DNA of 19,838 bases, taken from positions 1 to 19,838 of the forward strand of contig JAYPIC010000031.1 of assembly GCA_038127595.1 (NCBI GenBank). The letters are read 5' to 3'. The position numbers were made by a program, and so were the translations under genes. The stretch comes from a bacterium. Lineage in GTDB: Bacteria; Fidelibacterota; Marinisomatia; Marinisomatales; UBA1611. This document shows positions 9,348 through 18,091 of this stretch, in pieces (the stretch's first letter is position 1; each line of letters opens with the position of its first letter). The notes under the pieces are model-generated. The model was given only the letters and a program-made list of their open reading frames with translations, had not been told where the DNA came from and ran no database searches.

Positions 9348-9995
9348 TTATTTATTAATATTAAATGGTGATACATAGTTAGAGACGAGATTTGTAGGGT
9401 CTTTTATGACAAAGTCTTCAAACATTTCATAAGCTAAAATCCCAACAGGAATCGAAGATAATTTAGCTGAGATAAATTTTTCTTTATCTATTAACTTATC
9501 ACAGTTTGTATGGAAAACGGTTTCTGTTCTATCTAGGTTGTATGAAAAGTCTTGCCAATTCAGGACTTCTATATCTTTGAGCGGTTTAGGAATGCCGCTA
9601 GACCATAGTATTTTTTGGTAGAATACTCTATCACCATGGGAATGTATTAAACCGATGGTAGGCTTGGATTTTTTTTGAGAAAAGGCTAAAGACATCATTG
9701 TTGGAATTGGCACAATTGGTAGATTTTGAGCTAATGCCAAACCTTTAGAAAAACTAAGACCAATCCTCAATCCAGTAAAAGACCCAGGTCCAATACTAAC
9801 AGCAATAGCGCTAATCTCCGAATTTTTAAATCCAATTTCGTTTTGTAACTCTTTATAAAAAATAGGAATTTTTTCTATATGTTTTCTCTCACTATTTTCT
9901 TCAATTGTTTTGATACAATTACCACTTTTAATGAATGAGATTCCACAAATATTTGATGAAGTCTCAATCGATATGATATTTTTTCTATTAGCCAT
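9348..9995 (-). CDS. tsaB: tRNA threonylcarbamoyladenosine biosynthesis protein TsaB
   Basis: ISIETSS, H.E.I and AIAVSIGPGSFTGLRIGLSFSKGLA. Confidence 0.95.
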   Translation of the reverse strand: MANRKNIISIETSSNICGISFIKSGNCIKTIEENSERKHIEKIPIFYKELQNEIGFKNSEISAIAVSIGPGSFTGLRIGLSFSKGLALAQNLPIVPIPTMMSLAFSQKKSKPTIGLIHSHGDRVFYQKILWSSGIPKPLKDIEVLNWQDFSYNLDRTETVFHTNCDKLIDKEKFISAKLSSIPVGILAYEMFEDFVIKDPTNLVSNYVSPFNINK

Positions 9996-10001
9996 TTATT
10001 A

Positions 10002-10430
10002 TTAATCAGTGCCTGAAATTTTAATTAGACGCTTATTTAAATTATCCTTAAATCTTATGAAATCAATTATTATAGTGTTATAAGGAAGGACTCCTTCAAT
10101 TATACTTGCCCATTCAAACAAACATACACCACTTTCAGGAAGTAGTAAATTTTCTCCACCCATATTTAAAAAATCATCAATACCGCTCAACCTGTAACAA
10201 TCTACATGAAAAAGCTTCATATTTTCACCGTGGTATTCGCTGACCAATTTAAATGTAGGTGAACCGACATGTTGTTTAATGCCCATTCCTCGAGCAAAAC
10301 CTTGAACAAAGGTAGTCTTACCAGCGCCTAGATCACCATTAAGTGAAATTATTGAACCCATCTCAATATTTTTTGAAAATTCAGAGGCGAACTTTTGTGT
10401 CTCTTCCACTGAATTACATTCGATCTCCAT
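10002..10430 (-). CDS. tsaE: tRNA threonylcarbamoyladenosine biosynthesis ATPase TsaE
   Basis: Walker A GDLGAGKTTF, SPTF, HVDCYRL and EW. Its ATG overlaps the porX stop (TAATG). Confidence 0.97.
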   Translation of the reverse strand: MEIECNSVEETQKFASEFSKNIEMGSIISLNGDLGAGKTTFVQGFARGMGIKQHVGSPTFKLVSEYHGENMKLFHVDCYRLSGIDDFLNMGGENLLLPESGVCLFEWASIIEGVLPYNTIIIDFIRFKDNLNKRLIKISGTD

Positions 10431-11989
10431 TATTTTGAAATACCTTTCATCTTTAAAACAGGAATTAACATTTCTTCTAATGAAATGCCTCCGTGCTGAA
10501 ATGAATTTTGTAGTTTATTTTTATATCTATTTGCTGCATTGGGGTAAAGAAAATATGAATCATTTTTTGCTAACAAATAGTTAAACTGAGGACCAAAACT
10601 AGGTAATTTATAATTTTCTGGGTTATTAATTTTCATTACATTTTTATTTTTTGAATTAAGATTTCTTCCATATTTATACCTTACACCGTCAGATGCATCC
10701 TTGTCTGCGGATACCATAATTTCTTTATTTACCCTAATACTTCCATGATCGCTAGTTATAACTACATCAAAATTACTTTGACTAAGCACTTTCAAAACAT
10801 CATTAAACCAAGAATTTTTAACCCAAGATCTTACAGTCTTCCGATACCCGGATTCATCTGGTATTAATTCCTTTAGAACATCCATTTTAGAGCTATCATG
10901 AGCAAGCATATCAACAAAGTTAATTACCAATGCTATTACATCTTTTTCAAGATAATTATTAATCTTTTTACTAAACCTTTTTCCTTCCTCTATTGCCCAA
11001 ATTTTATGATAATGAACTTTTTTATTATTATTTCCAAGCCGTTTTATTTGATCATTTAAATATTCTTCCTCATATTTATTTAGACCATTTTCGTTATGTA
11101 AAAAAGAATCTTTTTGTTTTGGATATTTTTTTAACATTTGATCAGGAAATAGGCCTGAAAATATAGCATTGCGTGAAAAAGAAGTAGCTGAGGGTAGCAA
11201 TGACAAATGATAATACATTTCAACCTGGAATAAAGATTCTAAATATGGATAAATTGATAAAAATTGATCACAGCGCATACAATCAATAACAATAAAACAA
11301 ACTTTCTTCCCATGATCTAAACTAGGTTGAGCATGATTTTTAAAAACACTTGGGCTTAATATTGGGCTCTTATTATCATTTACTAAAGTTTCATAGTTAT
11401 CTTCAACGTATTTTGAGAACTGTTTATTACACTCGTTAGTTTGATCAATTAGAATATTATGTAAGTTAGAATCAACTTGCTTATCAAACTTTATTTGCCA
11501 GTTTATTAAACTTAAAAATAGTTCCCACCACTCATCTAACGATTTTATGAAATTTATATCTTGATTTATCCTCTGAAAATCTTGAAGATATTCAGATGTT
11601 GTTTTGTCTTCAATAATTTTATTTTTTTCAAGAATCTGCTTACAAGCCATATAGATTTGATTTGGACTAACAGGCTTTATCAAAAATTGGTTTATTTGCT
11701 GCGATATTGCCTCATCCATCAACCACTCATCTTCAGATTTAGTTATCATTATTACAGGTATTGTTTGCCGATGGGATTTAATTTTTTTTAGCGTATCCAT
11801 GCCATCAATACCTGGCATATTTTGGTCTAATAAAGCAAGGTCAAATCTATTTTCTTGATTTAAAATATTAGCATCACTGCCATTAGTAGCTGTAGTAATT
11901 TTATAACCTTTTGCTTCTAAAAATAAAATATGGGGTTTTAGATGATCAATTTCATCATCTATCCATAGTATATGACCTTTTCGTTTCAT
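10430..11989 (-). CDS. porX: PorX-like response regulator: receiver domain plus PglZ / alkaline-phosphatase-fold phosphodiesterase
   Basis: Receiver: ILWIDDEIDHLKPHILFL, phospho-Asp in LLDQNMP, MITKSE, LIKPVSPNQ. PglZ metal and nucleophile motifs: VIDCMR, LLPSATSFSRNAIFSG, FVDMLAH, TSDHG and FQHGGISLEEM. Length (519 aa) and the link to tsaE match Bacteroidota PorX as recalled. Confidence 0.9.
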   Translation of the reverse strand: MKRKGHILWIDDEIDHLKPHILFLEAKGYKITTATNGSDANILNQENRFDLALLDQNMPGIDGMDTLKKIKSHRQTIPVIMITKSEDEWLMDEAISQQINQFLIKPVSPNQIYMACKQILEKNKIIEDKTTSEYLQDFQRINQDINFIKSLDEWWELFLSLINWQIKFDKQVDSNLHNILIDQTNECNKQFSKYVEDNYETLVNDNKSPILSPSVFKNHAQPSLDHGKKVCFIVIDCMRCDQFLSIYPYLESLFQVEMYYHLSLLPSATSFSRNAIFSGLFPDQMLKKYPKQKDSFLHNENGLNKYEEEYLNDQIKRLGNNNKKVHYHKIWAIEEGKRFSKKINNYLEKDVIALVINFVDMLAHDSSKMDVLKELIPDESGYRKTVRSWVKNSWFNDVLKVLSQSNFDVVITSDHGSIRVNKEIMVSADKDASDGVRYKYGRNLNSKNKNVMKINNPENYKLPSFGPQFNYLLAKNDSYFLYPNAANRYKNKLQNSFQHGGISLEEMLIPVLKMKGISK

Positions 11990-12009
11990 TACTACAAGCT
12001 TTATTAACC

Positions 12010-14568
12010 TTATTTACTAGTCATTTTCCAAACACCATCCCAATTTAAATCAGGAGGATTTTGTTTAAAATAATTACATCTATCTATAAAAACCTGTGAA
12101 GGATTTGTATTTCTGCCAGGAAAATCATCTTCAAAATTAATAGCCTTCATAAATGATTTAATAGCATGATCCCATTTTTGATTAAAATAATTATCTAAAC
12201 CTTCCTCAAAGGTTTTGATAAGCTCAATAGATCGTTTATCTATTGAATCTTTTCTATCAATTAACTCATAAGTTTTTGCTGGAATTTCTTTCCCTTTTAC
12301 GCTCAAGAAATCAAGAAATCTAAATGCAAATTCATCATTGGAAGCCTCATAAACTTTTTCTCCGACAAGTATGTATACTCCATATTGCTTTGCTGCAGGT
12401 TCTAGCCTTGCAGCAAGGTTAACTGTATCTCCCATCATAGTATAATTCATTCTCATTTCAGAGCCCATGTTTCCTGTGACCATTTGCCCTGAGTTAAGCC
12501 CTATACGATGTTGCATTTGGTACACTATATCAGGCCAGTCATCCTCTTTCATCCACTTTTTACGCAGTTCGTCTAATTTATTATGCATCATTAATGCCGT
12601 AGAACATGCTTTTTTTTCTTGATCAACGAGAGGGGCAGGCGCTCCATAGAACGCAACAATTGCATCACCTATATACTTATCAAGCGTGCCTTGATGCTGT
12701 AACAAGATATCTGTCATTTCTGTTAGATACTCATTCATTAGTTTGACCATTTTCTCAGGCTCTAACTGCTCCGAAAAAGTTGAGAAGTTTTGAATATCAC
12801 TAAAAAATGCAGTATGATAATCTTGGACCCCTCCAAGTTTAGGTGCTTGTTTTTCTTCATACATCTTATCAATTAAATCTGGAGATATATATGTGCCAAA
12901 CGTCTCTCTCAAAAACTTTTTGTCTTTTTGCTCATGAAGAAACTGAAATATTACATTACTACCATATGTAAGAAAAATTCCTGCCAAAGGTGCAACAATA
13001 GGCATTACATAGGTGCTACCAGGGTTTGGCAAGGTTACAAGTAAACTATTGTAGAAATATTCTTTAATAAAGCTTGGAGATAAATTTATGATTGTTGTTT
13101 TTAGCAACCACCAGATATCATTTGCGAACAAGCCCATAGCGATTCCTACATAAATAATTATTTCAAATATAATTATTCCTCCAGCAAAAATAGGGTGCAC
13201 ATCTAATCTCCTAAAAACAATGTATGCTATAATACATAAAAGTGATATGATAAAAAAATGTGCCATGGGGTAAAACCTACCATCAATAAGTAATCTAGTT
13301 GTTCTACCGCCAAAGACAGATAAATAATTATTATGCAAAATTGTTTGAATAGCATTCGCATGAGTTTCCATTCCAGGAGTGTCTTGAGTCTGACCCAAAT
13401 AATTATAAAATGGAGTGGACTTTACATCATGTAATACTTCCACAGATGCACCAATAATTACAATTTTATTATAAAAGGGGGAGTTTACTTTATCAAAATG
13501 TTTTCCTAACCCCATCACTTCCATCATTTCTTGTTTTTCTCGCTCATTATCTATTGTAAGAATCCAGCTTGGAACTTCACCAGGCATAAACTGGCTCATC
13601 CAATCAATATCATTTTCTCCTGGCAAATCATATTCCTTCGTGTCAAGAACTTGGTACATAGAAAACCGCGGAAAAGTATTCCAAGGTGGATAATCCGTAT
13701 TTGCAAGTTTATAACCTGATGGAGGACCGTAATAGTTGACTAAAAAATTATTTGTTTTTCCATGAGCAGGAATTTTAATTGGCCCTAGGTTCCAATATAA
13801 TATGTCCTTATTCCATTTTAAATTAATATTATCAGGAATATCAAGAAATTCCTTTGCACAACTAACTCCCAGTGTATAGTAAGGATTTTTTCTCAATGTG
13901 TCCGTGTCTAAAAATCCCGCCACACTGTATTCTCTAGAAAAATTATCTATATCTTTTATATCATTTATCAAACCTGTGCTTGGATTTGCTTCCATAATTA
14001 GCTCTACTGGTTCAGCAATGTACTGTGGTGGAGTAGTCAACGGCTCGCGAACCATTTTTGTATTCATTACAATTTTTGTACCGTTCGATTGAGCTTTTCT
14101 AATGGCATCAGACAGTATAACATCTCCATGCCCAGGAATGAATTGTCTAAATTCAGTAGGCCAATTGTCACTAACACTTCTAAGAAATTCTGAACGTGCA
14201 TCAGGTGAATCAAACTGAATATCAAAACCAATTACTTTTGCTCCAGCTTGAGATAAATTATCAATCACTTTAGCCCATATATCACCTCGTGGGTAAGGCC
14301 AACTAATATCACCTTCTGACAAAATTCTCCATGTCTCATCATCAACGTCAACAAGAACAACGTCCGTTCCAAGATCAATTATTGTTGAGTCTGATGCTCT
14401 CCACCCTGTTAATGGCCCACGAACATTATTAAATCGATAGTCATAGGTTTTAAGCTCCAAAAAATCAAAAAAACCTAGCCAATGCATTATACATGTAAGT
14501 ATTATAGAACCTATCGTTAGTCCTAAATCAACCCTATGTTCAAAAAGGTAATTTTTAATTTTTTCCAT
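12010..14568 (-). CDS. CHASE2-domain membrane class III adenylate cyclase with C-terminal TPR-like tail
   Basis: N-terminal TM. CHASE2 motifs LELKTYDYRF, VLVDVDDET, WPYPRG, AKVIGFDIQF, KIVIIGAS, DVKSTPF and PGMETHANAIQTIL, followed by three TMs. Cyclase motifs FSDIQNFS, DKYIGDAIVAFYGAP, RIGLNSG and NYTMMGDTVNLAARLE. Tail ends WDGVWKMTSK. Confidence 0.93.
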   Translation of the reverse strand: MEKIKNYLFEHRVDLGLTIGSIILTCIMHWLGFFDFLELKTYDYRFNNVRGPLTGWRASDSTIIDLGTDVVLVDVDDETWRILSEGDISWPYPRGDIWAKVIDNLSQAGAKVIGFDIQFDSPDARSEFLRSVSDNWPTEFRQFIPGHGDVILSDAIRKAQSNGTKIVMNTKMVREPLTTPPQYIAEPVELIMEANPSTGLINDIKDIDNFSREYSVAGFLDTDTLRKNPYYTLGVSCAKEFLDIPDNINLKWNKDILYWNLGPIKIPAHGKTNNFLVNYYGPPSGYKLANTDYPPWNTFPRFSMYQVLDTKEYDLPGENDIDWMSQFMPGEVPSWILTIDNEREKQEMMEVMGLGKHFDKVNSPFYNKIVIIGASVEVLHDVKSTPFYNYLGQTQDTPGMETHANAIQTILHNNYLSVFGGRTTRLLIDGRFYPMAHFFIISLLCIIAYIVFRRLDVHPIFAGGIIIFEIIIYVGIAMGLFANDIWWLLKTTIINLSPSFIKEYFYNSLLVTLPNPGSTYVMPIVAPLAGIFLTYGSNVIFQFLHEQKDKKFLRETFGTYISPDLIDKMYEEKQAPKLGGVQDYHTAFFSDIQNFSTFSEQLEPEKMVKLMNEYLTEMTDILLQHQGTLDKYIGDAIVAFYGAPAPLVDQEKKACSTALMMHNKLDELRKKWMKEDDWPDIVYQMQHRIGLNSGQMVTGNMGSEMRMNYTMMGDTVNLAARLEPAAKQYGVYILVGEKVYEASNDEFAFRFLDFLSVKGKEIPAKTYELIDRKDSIDKRSIELIKTFEEGLDNYFNQKWDHAIKSFMKAINFEDDFPGRNTNPSQVFIDRCNYFKQNPPDLNWDGVWKMTSK

Positions 14569-17381
14569 TAAAATCTATAGTTTAAGCTAATGACTGTTCC
14601 CGAATTACTAGTTGACCATATTTCGCTTTTCCCATCAATTTTACCATCGTTATCATTGTCTATACCATCATTTTCATTACCTTTAATTCTATTAAAACGT
14701 ATATTGCTTTTTAAACTAAATACCAAATTACTTAAAAGGTCCCAATCAGCTCCAAGTTTAAAGCCTAAAATCTGAACAGAATCATCCGTATTACCATTTG
14801 TCATGTAATCCAATCCTGAGTTAATTCTAATGGTATTATTTTTCAAGGAATAGCTCCCACTTAATCCACCAGACGTCCATCCAATTTCATTTTTTATTAC
14901 ATTAAGATTTTCATCCATCATTGGTATGAAAATCTGAGTTTTATTAAACGAGATGACAGTTCGAAGAGGAAAGGGAAACCTACTTGATAAATTAGCTGAT
15001 ATTGTCCTTGTATCTGATTTTTGGAAAAGATAATCATCCCTCCTTGGCTTGTCAGCATATTTTTCATCTGTTTCAATAACATCTTTGTATGTAATTGAAT
15101 TAAAATTCAATGCAATAGTATTGCTTACAGGACCTATACTTCCTGGAATATTTATAGAGAAAAGCGTATTTAAGGCCCTTGAATCTTCTCTATTATCTTT
15201 CAAAAACTGGCCTAATGAGTCTACCTCTACAGAATCAATACCATTATTTTTACCAATGACTTGCATGTTAAATACGATTGACGGTGCGCCAGGGCCAGGA
15301 ACTAAAGTAGAATTCAGCATGAAAGTTTTTGTTTTCAATGGATTTAAAACAATCTCGCTCAAATTATTATCCTTTGAGCTATAACCCACAACAAACATTA
15401 ATCTTCTCTCTAGTAATGATAATCTGTCTTTGATTGTAAACTCTCTAATATTATTTGTCATGTAAGGATTACCAAAAGTATAAAACTGAGGTCCTATCTG
15501 CTTATATTCTAATAAGATGTTATTGAACGTGTAACTTCCTTTTATCCTCATATGTAGCGCCGATGAAGGCATATTTATTATTGCCCTAAATGGATTTTTT
15601 TCAAAGGTAACTGGGTCTATCGGCGCAAATGGAGTCATAAATTCATTTATTGTGAAAAGATCTTTATAAGCATCAGGGTCAGGAACTCCATCAAGTGAAA
15701 CATCCATAATCTTACCATCTTTGAGGCTATCTAATTTTGTATCTAGCTCATCTAAAGTTAGAGGCCCATCCCAAATATTATTATTTGTAAGACTATAATT
15801 CCATGCTAACTGAAAAATAATATTCCGGTTATCAAGTGCTGTTTCAAAGTTAAAACCAGCAACTAGATTTTCTTTGGGAGTAACTCCTCCCCAATTATTC
15901 TCTGGCAAAAATATCGAATCCCCATAAAGAGCGGTTAATGTTTGAAATTCAGAAAATTTTAAAGAGGAATTTTCATCAACATAATCATTAAATATATACA
16001 TTGAATCAGCAACAGAGTCCAAAGCAGTGAATGTAAACATTTCACTTCCATCAATATATTGTACCATATCCTCATAATCATCTTTGGCTTTGAGAAAATG
16101 GAAACCCCCACTAAAAAGGTTAAATACTGAAAATGAAAGTCGTAAGGCACTTACATCCTGAGGAAAAGTATATCCTTTTCTAGTAAATTTAAAAACTCTG
16201 CTGCCATCTAGCTCAAAATCTGTATCATTGGGCAAGAAAAAGTACCCCCCATTAATTTTACCTTTTTTATAATCAACTTGCTCACTTAATCTACCATTAA
16301 CATATTGAAAATCTAGCCAAGGAAGATCTACATGAATATGTCTCCCTCTAACTCTTTTACCATCTAAAAGAAAAGGCGAAAGAGATGGATATACATCTCC
16401 ATATTCTAATTTTAGATAATCTGTAACTTGAAGAGTAAGCGTTTCACGATTTAATGGTTGTAAATATAAAGACTCTCTTGAACTATTTTTATACGAGTAT
16501 CGAGCTTTTATCCAGCTTAATTCAGCATTTATTCTACCATTATTTTCACGCTCAACTAAATTAATGCCTGAAGCAGTACTGTTAGTACTTAAAGCACCTA
16601 AATTACCTTTATATTTAAAAGTTTCAGCGACATCAACCAGCCCTTTGGTAACATTAAATGACCAGTCGACTGGCTTAACATCTAATCCATATGATGTTTT
16701 AAAAGATAATATCACCCTTTTAGGACCAATTGAAAGTTGAGTTGGTATAAATGTTAATATTCCGCCATCAATTTTTGACTGACTAGTAAAATCTTCTCCA
16801 TTAATTGTTAATTTATAATTATTTGTATCGATTATTCCTGCATTAAATAGCGACACTGCTAATACAACTTCATCAGGTCTGTTTACCGATCCTGGCTCTG
16901 GCGAAAGTACTAAAATATCAGCCTCAACAAAATTATCATTTGCAGTTTTGGTTCTTATATTTTGTTTTATAACATCAGTATCTTTACTTATTTTTTGCTC
17001 TAATACAGAAATAAACAATGGGTTATCAAAAGGAGTATCATTCATTGGTACTGAAAAACGTCCCCATGATCTTTTATGTAATATCATAACATACTCGAGA
17101 CCACCAGCAACAACATTTCTACCAGGTATTACTGCCTCCCAATTTCCTCCATCATAGCTCATAGGTATTTCTTGGTAACTAATTTGATCTTTAGAACGAA
17201 AAAATAACATACCAGAGATTATTGGGTCCGAGACGAACATCGTAACAGAGAGTACAATATCGTCACCTTCATTAACCTGATTTGGATTTTTATGATAAAA
17301 CTGTGATGTTGACTGGGCTGAAAGAGTACTAAAAAATAGAATGATAATTAAGACACGTATATTGCCCAAAATTGGTATCAT
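14568..17381 (-). CDS. Large outer-membrane beta-barrel protein with two N-terminal Ig-like domains
   Basis: Signal peptide (..STLSA/Q). Ig-like segments FYHKNP...WEAVIP...LEY and ILVLSP...WSFNV. Amphipathic beta-strands throughout the C-terminal two-thirds and a terminal SLNYRF resembling a BAM beta-signal. Its stop overlaps the cyclase ATG (TAATG). Confidence 0.72.
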   Translation of the reverse strand: MIPILGNIRVLIIILFFSTLSAQSTSQFYHKNPNQVNEGDDIVLSVTMFVSDPIISGMLFFRSKDQISYQEIPMSYDGGNWEAVIPGRNVVAGGLEYVMILHKRSWGRFSVPMNDTPFDNPLFISVLEQKISKDTDVIKQNIRTKTANDNFVEADILVLSPEPGSVNRPDEVVLAVSLFNAGIIDTNNYKLTINGEDFTSQSKIDGGILTFIPTQLSIGPKRVILSFKTSYGLDVKPVDWSFNVTKGLVDVAETFKYKGNLGALSTNSTASGINLVERENNGRINAELSWIKARYSYKNSSRESLYLQPLNRETLTLQVTDYLKLEYGDVYPSLSPFLLDGKRVRGRHIHVDLPWLDFQYVNGRLSEQVDYKKGKINGGYFFLPNDTDFELDGSRVFKFTRKGYTFPQDVSALRLSFSVFNLFSGGFHFLKAKDDYEDMVQYIDGSEMFTFTALDSVADSMYIFNDYVDENSSLKFSEFQTLTALYGDSIFLPENNWGGVTPKENLVAGFNFETALDNRNIIFQLAWNYSLTNNNIWDGPLTLDELDTKLDSLKDGKIMDVSLDGVPDPDAYKDLFTINEFMTPFAPIDPVTFEKNPFRAIINMPSSALHMRIKGSYTFNNILLEYKQIGPQFYTFGNPYMTNNIREFTIKDRLSLLERRLMFVVGYSSKDNNLSEIVLNPLKTKTFMLNSTLVPGPGAPSIVFNMQVIGKNNGIDSVEVDSLGQFLKDNREDSRALNTLFSINIPGSIGPVSNTIALNFNSITYKDVIETDEKYADKPRRDDYLFQKSDTRTISANLSSRFPFPLRTVISFNKTQIFIPMMDENLNVIKNEIGWTSGGLSGSYSLKNNTIRINSGLDYMTNGNTDDSVQILGFKLGADWDLLSNLVFSLKSNIRFNRIKGNENDGIDNDNDGKIDGKSEIWSTSNSGTVISLNYRF

Positions 17382-17414
17382 ATTGATATAATCTAATAAT
17401 AAGATATTAAAGTA

Positions 17415-18089
17415 TTATTGATAATCAATTATAAATACTTTTTGCTCACCGTTAGGTCCTTCAAAATATATTTTTAATTGAGAGGGCCCTTCTTCAGAGT
17501 CTTCATCTGGATCTTCAGGAACATTTGCCATATCTGTTTCTGATACACCAACTTGACCATCAGGAGTTGAGACACCAGTCATTCCACTTGATACACTAAC
17601 TTCTTGCCCTGTCTCAGTATTGACTAGGCTAACTAAACCCTCCATGCCAATTACTTGATCTCCAGAATCATCGCTAATCAACCAAAAATCAGTACCTTTT
17701 ACAGAGGCAACTGAAGTTGGTGTTTGAATGACAAAGTCTACATTTTGTTTTGATATAGAAGCTCTGATCGTGCCACCATCTAAATTAATTTTTTTTGATA
17801 TATCTTTTGTTGTTCTTTGACCAGTAATAACTGCCTCAGAGTTTTCTTTAATTTTCAAAGTTGATTTATCATCTATGAAAATAATTGCAACAAACCCAGA
17901 ATTTCCCGTTCTGATTTTATCACCGTCCTCCAAAATTGAACCAGTTTTCAAGGAGGAAAATTCTTTTTTACCTACTTTCATTAACTCTACTAGGCCTTTT
18001 ACTTTTGTCGCTACAGCAATTTTATTTGCAGACAGAGTGGAAATAAGAAAGAATAAGGTGAAAAAACTGTATCTTTTAATTTTTAACAT
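17415..18089 (-). CDS. Secreted/periplasmic FecR-domain protein
   Basis: Signal peptide, then KVKGLV, GSILEDGDKIRTG, STLKIKENS, LDGGTIRA and IQTPTSVASVKGTDF, all typical of FecR domains. Acidic linker and short C-terminal tail. Confidence 0.88.
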   Translation of the reverse strand: MLKIKRYSFFTLFFLISTLSANKIAVATKVKGLVELMKVGKKEFSSLKTGSILEDGDKIRTGNSGFVAIIFIDDKSTLKIKENSEAVITGQRTTKDISKKINLDGGTIRASISKQNVDFVIQTPTSVASVKGTDFWLISDDSGDQVIGMEGLVSLVNTETGQEVSVSSGMTGVSTPDGQVGVSETDMANVPEDPDEDSEEGPSQLKIYFEGPNGEQKVFIIDYQ

Positions 18090-18091
18090 AT

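Noticed and set aside
10430..11989. PglZ domain as evidence of a BREX anti-phage system
   Set aside because: It is fused to a receiver domain in PorX architecture, and no brxC, pglX or brxL genes are present.
12010..14568. Cyclase as a Pycsar/CBASS-type defence enzyme
   Set aside because: The CHASE2 membrane-sensor architecture and adenine-specifying residues fit signalling, and no adjacent cNMP-binding TIR or TM effector is seen.
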